DNA from: an uncultured Gemmatimonadales bacterium
GTDB taxonomy: Bacteria > Gemmatimonadota > Gemmatimonadetes > Longimicrobiales > Longimicrobiaceae
Assembly (NCBI GenBank): GCA_963716255.1
Contig: OY970303.1
Span: forward strand, 3,936,001 to 4,000,000
Reading direction: 5' to 3'
DNA length: 64,000 nt
Shown: in pieces, positions 21,077-30,067 of the stretch
Numbering within the stretch: the first letter of the stretch is position 1
Layout: each line of letters opens with the position of its first letter
Notes under the pieces: generated by a model
Seen by the model: only the letters and a program-made list of their open reading frames with translations
Database searches by the model: none
Told to the model about the DNA's origin: nothing
Position numbers and translations under genes: made by a program

Positions 21077-21242
21077 GCCGTTCGCCGTTCCGCAGTACCC
21101 CCCGAATCCGTCGCGGAGGGAGACTCAAGCGGCAGTTTGCGTGAGGCTCACTCCGGCGCAGGGAGACCCGGGGCTGTTTCCGGGGCTCCAGGAGCCCGTG
21201 CAGGAGACGGACAGCAGTATCGTCCGGCTCCGGAACGGCCCC
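21077..21242 (-). repeat. Structured repeat family B (three tandem hairpin modules), copy 1
   Basis: Three GAGAC-stem-loop-stem-GGCTC units on + (21120-21149, 21163-21188, 21204-21230); homologous to 24907-25092 and 31996-32161. Confidence 0.85.
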
Positions 21243-21321
21243 AAGGCAATCGTCAAAAGTAACGGCCCCGCGCCTGAGCACGGGGCCGTCGAGAACAGAA
21301 CCGATCAGCCGAAAGACGCGG

Positions 21322-22209
21322 TCAGTGCACGCCCTCCCCGCTGAACACCGCCTCCGCGTAGCCGTTGTCGGGGTTGCCGCCGCGGTCCAGCACCCGGTCC
21401 ACCGTCCCCGGGCCGCGGTTGTAGGCCAGCAGCGCCAGCCGCTCGTCGCCCTCGTACTTGTCGATGAGCTGGCGGAGGTACTTGAACCCGATGGACAGGT
21501 TCACCTCCGGGTCGCGGAGGTCGCTCTCGCGGGTTCCGGGGCGGAGCCAGTCCGCCGTCTTGGGCATGAGCTGCGTCAGGCCCATGGCGCCCACGTGGCT
21601 GGTCGCGTAGGACTTGAACTCGCTTTCCGTCCGCACCAGCCCGAAGGCGACGTCCGGGTCGATGTCGTTCTCCAGGGCGATGTCGTAGATTGACTCGGCG
21701 AGGTCGCGGTCCAGCCCCATCTTCTGGTACTTCTGGACCTTTTCCGAGATCTTGGTCTCGCGCGGGCTCTCCGCCTTCACGGCCGCGTCCTCCTTGGCGG
21801 CGGCCCACGCCTGGGCCACGGCGCGCTCGCTGATCCCCGTGGCCGGCGACATGGAAAGGATCTGCTCGTGCGACGGGTTGGTGCGCATTGCGCCCTGGTA
21901 GCGCGCCATCGCCACCGGCGCCGCCGCACCCGTGATCGCCAGCCCCATCAGCCCGTGGCGCACCGGGTTGCGGCGGATGCGTTCCAGGGTGGAGCGCCTG
22001 CGCCGCCCCGCGTCCGGCGCGCTTCGCAGCGCGGAGGGCATGTCGCCGTCGTACGCGCGGCGGTAGCGCGGGTTCAGGCGCGGAGCCGAAACCGGCTCGC
22101 CTCCGTCGTACGCGGTGGGCCAGCGCCGGCGGGCGTGCCCCACGGGGTGGCGCGGCCCCGGATTCCCTCGCTCCCACGGCGGCGGCGGGCGTCTCTTCCT
22201 CGGCTGCAT
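21322..22209 (-). CDS. Lytic transglycosylase (SLT domain), membrane-anchored
   Basis: VRTESEF, GAMGLTQLMP, ALLAYNRGPG; AGGAGG RBS. Confidence 0.9.
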   Translation of the reverse strand: MQPRKRRPPPPWERGNPGPRHPVGHARRRWPTAYDGGEPVSAPRLNPRYRRAYDGDMPSALRSAPDAGRRRRSTLERIRRNPVRHGLMGLAITGAAAPVAMARYQGAMRTNPSHEQILSMSPATGISERAVAQAWAAAKEDAAVKAESPRETKISEKVQKYQKMGLDRDLAESIYDIALENDIDPDVAFGLVRTESEFKSYATSHVGAMGLTQLMPKTADWLRPGTRESDLRDPEVNLSIGFKYLRQLIDKYEGDERLALLAYNRGPGTVDRVLDRGGNPDNGYAEAVFSGEGVH

Positions 22210-22480
22210 TCCATCCTCCTTGTGGGGGCGACTCCGATCTATCCGGGCAGGGTCCTGTAAACCGTTTTTAGGATTCGCTTTGGGGAGCACGTTGCGTGCC
22301 ACCGAGCCGTTTGTTCCCCCTCGCCGGCCCCGCGCGCGCGGGGGCGTTGCGGGGCGGGAGCGCGGGCGGCATCTTCCCCCCGTCCACTCCGTGCTCCGCA
22401 CCCGCACCCGGACTCCCCTGGCGACCACCCCCGGCGGCGCTCCGCCCGCCCCCCTTCCCGACGGCCCCTACCGGCCCCCG

Positions 22481-22999
22481 GTGAACCTGCGCCTGCGCGT
22501 CCTGGTCGCCTTCCTGCTGCTCCTGCTGGCGGGGAAGGTGGGGAAGGGGCTGTACGACTGGCGCGCGCACGCGGACGACCGCGCGCGCCTGGTGGGGGTG
22601 CGCGGCCGGCTGGTGGACGCGGGCGCGGAGGTGATGCGGACCCGGGCGGAGCTGGACACCCTCAAGCGGGTGCTGGACCGCGAGGACGGGGCGCTGGAGC
22701 GCGAGCGGCGCTCGTTGCGCGCCTACGACCGCAGGGCGGAGGGGAGCACGCTCCCCACGAGCGTGTACGAGGCGTACCGCGCGGACCTGGACCGCTACAA
22801 CGAGCACGTGGCCCGCCGCAACGACAGCTTCCACGCCTGGCAGGGGGTGCTGGCCCGCAACCACTCGGCCGTGGACCGCTACAACACGCTGGCCGATTCG
22901 CTGCGCGCCGTGGCGGAGGTGCTGGGCGACCCGTACTACGCCGTGCCCACGCCGCTGGAGGCCGCCGCCGAGAAGAGCGCGCCCCCGCCGGCCCCCTGA
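22481..22999 (+). CDS. Hypothetical protein with N-terminal TM and coiled coil
   Basis: GC3-biased ORF with a hydrophobic N-terminus. Confidence 0.6.
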   Translation: MNLRLRVLVAFLLLLLAGKVGKGLYDWRAHADDRARLVGVRGRLVDAGAEVMRTRAELDTLKRVLDREDGALERERRSLRAYDRRAEGSTLPTSVYEAYRADLDRYNEHVARRNDSFHAWQGVLARNHSAVDRYNTLADSLRAVAEVLGDPYYAVPTPLEAAAEKSAPPPAP

Positions 23000-23040
23000 C
23001 GCGGCGCTCCGGCTCCGCACGCACTCCCGCCCCACCCGCG

Positions 23041-23703
23041 ATGCCCCGCCTCCCTCTCCTGGCCGCGCTCCTGCTCTGCCTCGCGACCCCCGCCCCGGCG
23101 CAGGAGTTGGGCGTGGAGCGGGGCGGCGTGACCTTCCGGCCCTCCGCGACGGCGCCGGTCCGCCGTATCACCGCCTCCGGGCTGGACTCCGACCCCGTCC
23201 TCTCGCCCGACGGGCGCTGGGTCGCCTGGGTCCGCGCGACGCCCCGCGACTCGGTGGAAGGGCCGGCGGAGCGGGTGCAGGCGGGCGAGGTGTGGATCGC
23301 GCGGACCGACGGGTCCGGCGCGCGCATGCTCGTGCGCGGCGGCGGGGCGCGCGAGCCGCGGGAGCTGCTCGCCGCGCTCTCCGCCCCGCGGTTCTCGGCC
23401 GACGGCCGGGAGGTGTACTTCCTCAGCCGGGCGTGGGCCACCTCCGGGGCGCTGCACGCGGTGGACGCCGGCACGGGGCGGCGGCGCTTCGTGGCCCCCT
23501 CCAACGGCTACGAGGTGGTTCCCCGGGGCCGCTGGCGCGGGCACCTGGTGGTGTGGCAGCACCGCTACTTCCTGGCGGGCGGGTCGTACGACTGGGCGTG
23601 GCTGCTCACGCCGGCGGGCGAGGAGGTGGGTGCGGTGGGCGAGACGGAGGGCGCGGTGGCGGAGTTCAGGACCACGTACGGGGAGCAAGCGCCGGGATCG
23701 TAG
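23041..23703 (+). CDS. Secreted TolB-like (PD40 repeat) protein
   Basis: Signal peptide; PVLSPDGRWVAWV and PRFSADGREVYF repeats. Confidence 0.7.
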   Translation: MPRLPLLAALLLCLATPAPAQELGVERGGVTFRPSATAPVRRITASGLDSDPVLSPDGRWVAWVRATPRDSVEGPAERVQAGEVWIARTDGSGARMLVRGGGAREPRELLAALSAPRFSADGREVYFLSRAWATSGALHAVDAGTGRRRFVAPSNGYEVVPRGRWRGHLVVWQHRYFLAGGSYDWAWLLTPAGEEVGAVGETEGAVAEFRTTYGEQAPGS

Positions 23704-23781
23704 CGCGTCCGGAGGAATCGGGATCTTTCCGGGAACGGGTCGTGCAAGCGGGCGGGCGGACTCTGCACACTCGCGGGGGAG

Positions 23782-24810
23782 ATGACCAGCAAATCCAGCC
23801 GAAAGCCGGCCGGCGACAGGGGCGGGGCGACGTGGCGGCGGGTGGGGACGCCCAGGAAGGGCTTCACCTACCTTCGCGCCGACGGCAAGCCGCTCACCAG
23901 CAGGGCCGCGCTGGCGCGCATCCAGGCGCTGGCCGTGCCGCCGGCGTGGACCGGCGTGGAGATCGCCGCCAGCCCGGACGCAAAGGTGCAGGCCACCGGC
24001 GTGGACGCGGCGGGTCGCAAGCAGTACCGCTACCACCCCGACTTCGTGGACCGGGGGTCGCGGAAGAAGTACCGCAAGCTGCTGGAGTACGCCCGCGCGA
24101 TCCCGCGCCTGCGCGAGGTCACGGGCGAGCACCTGCGCAAGAAGGGGCTGGGGCGCGACAAGGTGCTCGCCACCATCGTGCGGCTGATGATGCGCGGCTT
24201 CTTCCGGGTGGGGAGCGAGCGCTACGCGGTGGAGAACCGGACCTTCGGCATCACCACGCTGCGCAAGAAGCACCTGGAGATCGAGGGCCGGGACCTCCGC
24301 TTCCGCTACGTGGGGAAGAAGTCCATCCACCAGCACCAGGTGGTCGCCGACACCCCGCTGGTGCGCATTCTCCGCGAGATGGTGAAGCTCCCCGGCCCGC
24401 GCCTGTTCCAGTACGTGGACGGAGATGGGAAGGTGCAGAAGGTGACCGCCCAGGACGTCAACGGCTACGTCAAGGAGAGCCTGGGGAAGCGCTACACCTC
24501 CAAGGACATCCGCACCTGGGGCGGCACCGTGCGCGCCGCCACCATCCTCGCCGACCTGGGCCCCCCGAAGAGCGAGGCAGAGGCCAAGAAGAACGTGGTG
24601 CTGGCCTGCAAGCTGGTGTCCTCCGAGCTGGGCAACACGCCCGCGGTCTGCCGCTCCGCCTACATCCACCCCGCCGTGCTGGACCGCTACCTGAAGGGCA
24701 AGACCATCGAGCCCCTGATGCGCAAGGACGCCCGCCCGGTGGATGGCGACGGCCCCGACTACTATCCCGAGGAGGCGGCGCTGATGCGGTTCCTGGAGAA
24801 GTGGGGGTGA
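23782..24810 (+). CDS. DNA topoisomerase IB (bacterial, poxvirus-like)
   Basis: VPPAW, QATGVDAAGRKQYRYH, FRVG, KDIRTWGGT, LGNTPAVCRSAYIHP (catalytic Tyr). Confidence 0.93.
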   Translation: MTSKSSRKPAGDRGGATWRRVGTPRKGFTYLRADGKPLTSRAALARIQALAVPPAWTGVEIAASPDAKVQATGVDAAGRKQYRYHPDFVDRGSRKKYRKLLEYARAIPRLREVTGEHLRKKGLGRDKVLATIVRLMMRGFFRVGSERYAVENRTFGITTLRKKHLEIEGRDLRFRYVGKKSIHQHQVVADTPLVRILREMVKLPGPRLFQYVDGDGKVQKVTAQDVNGYVKESLGKRYTSKDIRTWGGTVRAATILADLGPPKSEAEAKKNVVLACKLVSSELGNTPAVCRSAYIHPAVLDRYLKGKTIEPLMRKDARPVDGDGPDYYPEEAALMRFLEKWG

Positions 24811-24906
24811 GAACGGCAGGGAACAGGGAACGGCCTGCTTCATACGGTGCACGCGCAGCGGGCAGCGCCACGACGACGGCGCCCCGCCGGAAGATCCGGG
24901 TGGGGC

Positions 24907-25092
24907 GCCGTTGCAGTTCCTCGTGGTACCCGTATGATGCTGTTCGGAGGGAGACTCGCAGCAGTACCGCGAGGCTCCCTCCGGCGCAGGGAGACCCCGC
25001 AGCGTCGGCACAGCAGTTCCGTGCCGACCGAGGAGGCTCCCGGAGCCCGCGCAGGAGACGGACGGCAGTATCGTCCGGCTCCGTAGCGGCCC
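24907..25092 (-). repeat. Structured repeat family B, copy 2
   Basis: Three modules at 24951-24977, 24991-25039 (extended stem) and 25055-25081. Confidence 0.85.
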
Positions 25093-25111
25093 GCCCCGAC
25101 AGGAAAAACTA

Positions 25112-26304
25112 GTGGGGCACCACGAGTGAGTTGATGGGGTATCCTTCGGCTTTGGGTACGCAGTTGTACAGGAGCCGAAGGATGACGAAGCGGTACAAGG
25201 TGAAGCTGACGGAGCAGGAGCGCAGCGATCTGCTTGTGCTCACGCGCAAGGGGAAGGCAAGCGCGCGGCGGATCAAACGCGCTCTGGTGGTGCTGCGCTC
25301 CGACGAGGGTGCCACGGACGAGCAGATCGTCGCGGGCGTGGGCGTCGGGGTCGCTACGGTGGAGCGCATCCGCAAGCGCTTCGTGGAAGAAGGGCTGGAG
25401 GCGGCTCTCTCAGAGAAACCCCGCCCGCCGATGCCGCCGAAGCTGACAGGCAAAGCGGAGGCCCTGCTCCTGGCGCTGGCCTGCAGCGACGTGCCTGGTG
25501 GGCGCGCCCGCTGGAGCATGCAGATGCTCGCGGACCGGCTGGTGGAACTGGGGGCGGTGGACTCGATCTCGGATGAGACGGTGCGCCGCACGCTCAAAAA
25601 AGCAAGACGAAGCCGTGGCAGCGCCAGCAGTGGCTGATCCCGGAGATCACGGCCGAATTCGTCTGGCGGATGGAGGACGTGCTCGACCTGTATGCAGAGC
25701 CGAACGACCCGAAGCGGCCGCGTGTGGCCTTTGACGAGATGCCTCTGCAACTTCTGTCCGAGGTGCGCATGCCGCTGCCGGCGCGACCGGGGCAGGCCGA
25801 GCGGTTCGACTACGAGTACCGGCGCGAAGGCACGTGCAACCTCTTCCTCTTCTTCAGCCCCGACACCGCCTGGCGAGAGGTCAAGGTCACGCAGCGGCGC
25901 ACCGCGATCGACTTCGCCCACTGCATGCGGGATCTGGTGGACGTGCATTTTCCGGAGGCGGAGAAGGTCCGCGTGGTGCTGGACAACCTGAACACGCACA
26001 CGCCGGCCTCGCTCTACCAGGCGTTCGCGCCCGAGGAAGCAAGCCGGATCGCAAAGCGCCTGGAGTTGCACCACACGCCCAAGCATGCAAGCTGGTTGAA
26101 CATGGCCGAGGTGGAGTTCTCCGTGCTCGGCACTCAATGCTTGGACCGGCGCCTGCCCAGCATGGAAGTCGTGCAGCGTGAAACCGCCGTCTGGTGCCGC
26201 GACCGCAACGGCAGCAAGGCCACGATTCAGTGGCGTTTCACAACCGCCAAGGCTCGGGAGAAGTTCTCCTCCCGATACCCATCACCTCAGCCGGGGTGAT
26301 CCAC
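25112..26304 (+). mobile_element. IS630 family insertion sequence
   Basis: Imperfect terminal IRs (GTGGGGCACC / GGTGATCCAC) flanked by duplicated TA at 25110-25111 and 26305-26306. Confidence 0.9.
25182..26299 (+). CDS. IS630 transposase via -1 frameshift (HTH ORF 25182-25637 plus DDE ORF ending 26299)
   Basis: CTC AAA AAA G slippery site at 25593-25602; the -1 frame continues KPWQRQQWLIP...FDEM...LDNLNTH...WLNMAE. Confidence 0.88.
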
Positions 26305-27182
26305 TAGTCGCCGGTCGTCGTCGCCGGCTCGTGCAGGGCCGCGGACGGCTCCTCTTCGTGGCGGGTGCGGCGCTCGGGGAGCGGGATCTCGTACAGGTAG
26401 TACATCTCCCCCACGTTTTCTTTGCGCAGCAGCGCCAGCGACACGTTGAACACCGGCACGCCGCCCGGGGTCTTTCCCTGGAAGGTGCCCACGTGGGCGT
26501 GGCCGTGGAAGGCCACCGCGGCGCCGTAGCGGTCCAGCGGCTCGGCCAGGCGGTCGGTGCCCAGGAAGGGAAAGATCACCTCGGGCTCGCCCATCACCGT
26601 GTCGATGACCGGAGCGTAGTGCAGCACCACCACGCGGATGGGGGTGGCCAGCTTGCGCAGCGCCAGCTCCAGCTTCTTGACCTCTTCCTGGGTGCAGTCC
26701 ACGAACGCCTTGGTGGCCGCCTCCCCGAAGGCGGTGAGCGTCCCCCGCCCGAAGCCGCCCATGAACCCCTTGGTGCCGGCGAACCCCACCTGGTCGTTGA
26801 GCTCGAAGGTGTCGCCGTCCAGGACGTGCACCCCGCGCTCGCGCAGGATGGCGTGTGCCTCGGCCAGGTGCCCGGACTCGTGGTCGTGGTTGCCCAGCAC
26901 CGCCACGATGGGGACCTTGACGTCCGCCAGCTCGCCGATCACCACCCGCATCTCCGCGGGCGTCCCCCAGCGTGTCAGGTCGCCGGCCAGCACCAGCACG
27001 TCCGCTTCCTGGTTCGCCCGGGCGAACAGCGCCCGGTAGGCGCCCGCGTCCTGTTCTCCGCAGTGGAAGTCGCCCACCGCGGCGATGCGCACCGTGCGGG
27101 CGCCGTCGCTGCGGCGCCGGTTGGCCGCCCCGCGTGCCTCCGGGGCGCCCGCCGGTCCCGTCCCCGTTCCGTTTCCGTCCAT
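26304..27182 (-). CDS. Calcineurin-like metallophosphoesterase
   Basis: GDFH, GDLT, GNHDH, LHYAP, FHGHAH. Confidence 0.9.
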   Translation of the reverse strand: MDGNGTGTGPAGAPEARGAANRRRSDGARTVRIAAVGDFHCGEQDAGAYRALFARANQEADVLVLAGDLTRWGTPAEMRVVIGELADVKVPIVAVLGNHDHESGHLAEAHAILRERGVHVLDGDTFELNDQVGFAGTKGFMGGFGRGTLTAFGEAATKAFVDCTQEEVKKLELALRKLATPIRVVVLHYAPVIDTVMGEPEVIFPFLGTDRLAEPLDRYGAAVAFHGHAHVGTFQGKTPGGVPVFNVSLALLRKENVGEMYYLYEIPLPERRTRHEEEPSAALHEPATTTGD

Positions 27183-28120
27183 CACGCCGTCTCCTCCTCG
27201 TCGGGCGCCTCCCCCGGGACCTGGGATTCGATGGTGTCCCTGGCGCGCTCGTCCCACACGTCGGCGGCCTCGATCGCGCGGATCTCCTCGCTCGCCTTCA
27301 TCTCGCGGATGGCTTCGTCGCGCAGGTCGTGGAAGCCCCACTCGTTGACGTCGATGGCGAAGCTGAAGCGGGAGATCAGCGTTCCCCGCGTGGCCGTCTC
27401 GCTGGGCAGCTCGTGCCCCGTTTCCGCGCGGGCGCGCTCCAGCAGGTTCGCCAGGACCCAGTCCGGGACGCGGCTGCGGTAGCCCGGGTACACGTAGTAG
27501 AACATCTGCAGCTGCGCGAGGAGCAGCGGCCAGTGCGGCCCCGTCTTGTCCACCAGGCGCTGCCAGTCCAGCGTGTCGCCCACGCACAGGATGAGGTGAG
27601 CGATGTCCGCCATGTCCTGGCGGTGCCGCTCGTTGATGAACAGCCGGTGCCAGATCAGCTCCTCCGCAGGGGCCACGCGCACCGGCGTGGCGGCCAGGAT
27701 GGCGGGGGTGCTGTGGCGGTACCAGTCGGGGTCGATCAGCGCCAGCCCGTTCCCCATCCCGTAGATGATGTCCACGAAGAAGGGGTCGTCGATGGCCTTG
27801 GCCAGCCAGTGCGACTGCGCCAGCTTGGTGCGGAAGCCGGCCGCGCGCAGCGCCTGCATGGCGGGAACCACCTGCGACGGCTCCACGAACAGGTCCAGGT
27901 CCGTGGTCTTGCGGTAGATGCCGGTGTGCTCGTAGATGGCGTACGCCCCCGCCACCACGTACGGGACGCCGGCCTCGTTCAGGGTCCGCAGGGCGCGCTT
28001 GTAGATCTCCCGCTCATCCTCCGGGATCCAGAAGTCGCCGTGGGTGACGGACTTCGCCTCTTCCTTGGTGAGGTCCTGAAGGAACGGGAGGCGCTTGTCG
28101 CCGGTGGCTGTCTCGGGCAT
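27182..28120 (-). CDS. Nucleotidyltransferase family protein (pol-beta fold)
   Basis: VAGAYA...TTDLDLFV, VDII; TGATG coupling to the phosphoesterase. Confidence 0.8.
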   Translation of the reverse strand: MPETATGDKRLPFLQDLTKEEAKSVTHGDFWIPEDEREIYKRALRTLNEAGVPYVVAGAYAIYEHTGIYRKTTDLDLFVEPSQVVPAMQALRAAGFRTKLAQSHWLAKAIDDPFFVDIIYGMGNGLALIDPDWYRHSTPAILAATPVRVAPAEELIWHRLFINERHRQDMADIAHLILCVGDTLDWQRLVDKTGPHWPLLLAQLQMFYYVYPGYRSRVPDWVLANLLERARAETGHELPSETATRGTLISRFSFAIDVNEWGFHDLRDEAIREMKASEEIRAIEAADVWDERARDTIESQVPGEAPDEEETA

Positions 28121-28222
28121 GTCTCCTCGGAGGGCGATTAGGGTCTCGGGGGCGGGAAAGCAAGGATCGGGCCCCGCGCGGGGGCGTTTGCACCGCCGCC
28201 CGGGGGCGCGTATCTTTGCCCC

Positions 28223-28876
28223 ATGTTCGACGACCTCAAGAATCTGTTCTCGAAGACCTGGGACGCGTTCCAGGCGGAAGCCGGCCGCAGCGAGCCGGAG
28301 GACCAGGTGGCGGAGCTGCTCTCGGCCATGCGGCGCGAGATGGTGGAGGCGCGCGCCACCGTCCCCCTGCTGGAGGAGGCGGTGACGTCCGCGCGCGCCG
28401 CCCTGGAGCGCGAGCGCCGCGCCCTCGCCGACGTGGAGCGCCGGCGCGGCCTTGCCGAGCGCATCGCCGACGCGGAAACGGTGCGCGTGGCGGACGAGTT
28501 CGCCGCCAAGCACCGGGCGCGCATCGCCGTGCTGGAGGACAAGGTGCGCGCCGCCGAGGCGGAGCTGGAGCTGCGCCGGCGCGAGGTGACGGAGATGACG
28601 CGCCAGTACAAGGACGCGGACGCCAACCGCTTCGCCCTGCTGGCGCGCATTCGCACCACCCGCGCCCAGGGGCGCATGGGCGCCGCCCTGGGCGACGACG
28701 CGCCCCCCTTCGCGGACCTGGGCCGCATGGGCGAGACGCTGGACGAGCGCGCCCGCTACGCCGAGGCGCTGGACGAGCTGGAGGACCTGGACGCCCCCCC
28801 GCCCCCCCCGCGCCCCACCGCCTCCGACATGGAGGAGCGCCTGCGCGAGCTGAAGCGCCGCATGGGCCAGGAGTAG
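28223..28876 (+). CDS. PspA/IM30-like coiled-coil protein
   Basis: Long helical coiled coil ending in EERLRELKRRMG. Confidence 0.65.
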   Translation: MFDDLKNLFSKTWDAFQAEAGRSEPEDQVAELLSAMRREMVEARATVPLLEEAVTSARAALERERRALADVERRRGLAERIADAETVRVADEFAAKHRARIAVLEDKVRAAEAELELRRREVTEMTRQYKDADANRFALLARIRTTRAQGRMGAALGDDAPPFADLGRMGETLDERARYAEALDELEDLDAPPPPPRPTASDMEERLRELKRRMGQE

Positions 28877-28898
28877 CTCCCGCGGAGCGGGAGCACGA

Positions 28899-28950
28899 AA
28901 AAGACAAAGGGCCCCGCCTCCCGTTCGGGAGGCGGGGCCCTTTGTCTTTT
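28899..28950. terminator. Bidirectional intrinsic terminator
   Basis: Perfect 25-bp inverted repeat with A and T tails, between convergent genes. Confidence 0.9.
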
Positions 28951-28958
28951 CAGCAGTT

Positions 28959-29087
28959 GCGTGAGGGATTCTGGCCCGAAGGGGCGAGACCCGGCGGCAG
29001 TTTGCCGGGGCTCGACTCCGTTAGCCCGCGTTGTTTGCGGGCTTACGGAGCCGAAGCCCGACCCCCGCGTCAGCGGGGGTCACGCCC
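28959..29087 (-). repeat. Structured dispersed repeat family A, copy 5
   Basis: Reverse-complement consensus, 13 nt after the stop at 29101; first hairpin carries compensatory changes. Confidence 0.95.
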
Positions 29088-29100
29088 AAACCGTCGTCAG

Positions 29101-29883
29101 CTAGAACCAGCCGCGATCGTACCCGCCGCGGTTGCGGTTCTGGTTCATCCCCCAGCTGCCCGGCCGGCCGCGGTTGGCGTCGTACGGGTCGTAGCCCGGG
29201 TCGCGGTCCATGCCGCGCATCATGTCGCGGTCGTAGCCCATGCCGGAGCCCGCCCCGTAGCCGCGGCCGAAGTCGCGGTCGTAGTTGCTCCCCATCATGC
29301 CGGAGCGGTCCTCGGCGTTCTGGAAGCCGCCGCGCATCATGCGGATGGGGGTCTGGCTGGCGCGGTCGCCGAAGGGGTCGCCGTTGTCGGTCTGCCAGCG
29401 GCCCTTGTAGTTGCGGTCGTACCCGCCGCCCATGTCCGGCGAGGCGCCCAGGGCGTTGCCGCGGTCGAAGTCGCGGTCGTAGTTCCAGGCGCCGCCGCCC
29501 ATCCCCGTCCCCATCCCGGGGCCGCGGCCGGAGTACCAGCCGCCGTCGCGGTCGAAGGTGTCGCGGTGGTCGCCCTCCGGACGGTTCAGCCCCTCGCGCT
29601 GCCAGTTGCCGCCGCCGGCCCCGTAGCCGCCGCTCCCCAGGTCGCGGTCGTACCCGGACGCGCCGAAGGTGCGCTCGCGGCCCCAGCCGTTGGGGTTGCC
29701 GTACGCGCCGCCGCGGTAGCCGTAGCCGCCGTCGTCGTCCCGGTCCATGGCGTCGTGGGCGGTGTTCTTCATCCGGTTCCAGCCCTGGCGCATGCGGTCG
29801 CCCAGGTCGCGGTCGCCGCCATGGTACCCGGCCCCGCCGCGGCCGCCGAAGTCACGGTCGTAGTTGCGGTCGAAGATCCCCAT
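29101..29883 (-). CDS. Gly/Arg/Asp-rich low-complexity protein with YDR(D) repeats
   Basis: AAGGAGG RBS, strong codon bias, seven YDR motifs. Confidence 0.75.
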   Translation of the reverse strand: MGIFDRNYDRDFGGRGGAGYHGGDRDLGDRMRQGWNRMKNTAHDAMDRDDDGGYGYRGGAYGNPNGWGRERTFGASGYDRDLGSGGYGAGGGNWQREGLNRPEGDHRDTFDRDGGWYSGRGPGMGTGMGGGAWNYDRDFDRGNALGASPDMGGGYDRNYKGRWQTDNGDPFGDRASQTPIRMMRGGFQNAEDRSGMMGSNYDRDFGRGYGAGSGMGYDRDMMRGMDRDPGYDPYDANRGRPGSWGMNQNRNRGGYDRGWF

Positions 29884-30067
29884 TTCAGCCTCCTTGGTTC
29901 GGTTCAGGAACCCGTCGGCGCCCGTGCCGCGGGCATCCGGGGGAGTGACGGGGGTTGCAAGCTCCGGGCCATCCACGGCCCCGCTCTTGTCCGCCGGACC
30001 CGGGCCGCCTACGTTGTGCGGGCTGTTCCGGAAACGGATCTCCGACACCGACTTGAGCGCTCCCGCC

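Noticed and set aside
21120..21230. Family B modules as a mini CRISPR array
   Set aside because: The variable parts are self-complementary stems, spacing is too short, and no cas genes are present.
25182..26299. IS630 transposase as a frameshifted pseudogene
   Set aside because: The shift lies at the A-run typical of programmed -1 frameshifting in IS630, and the element ends are intact.
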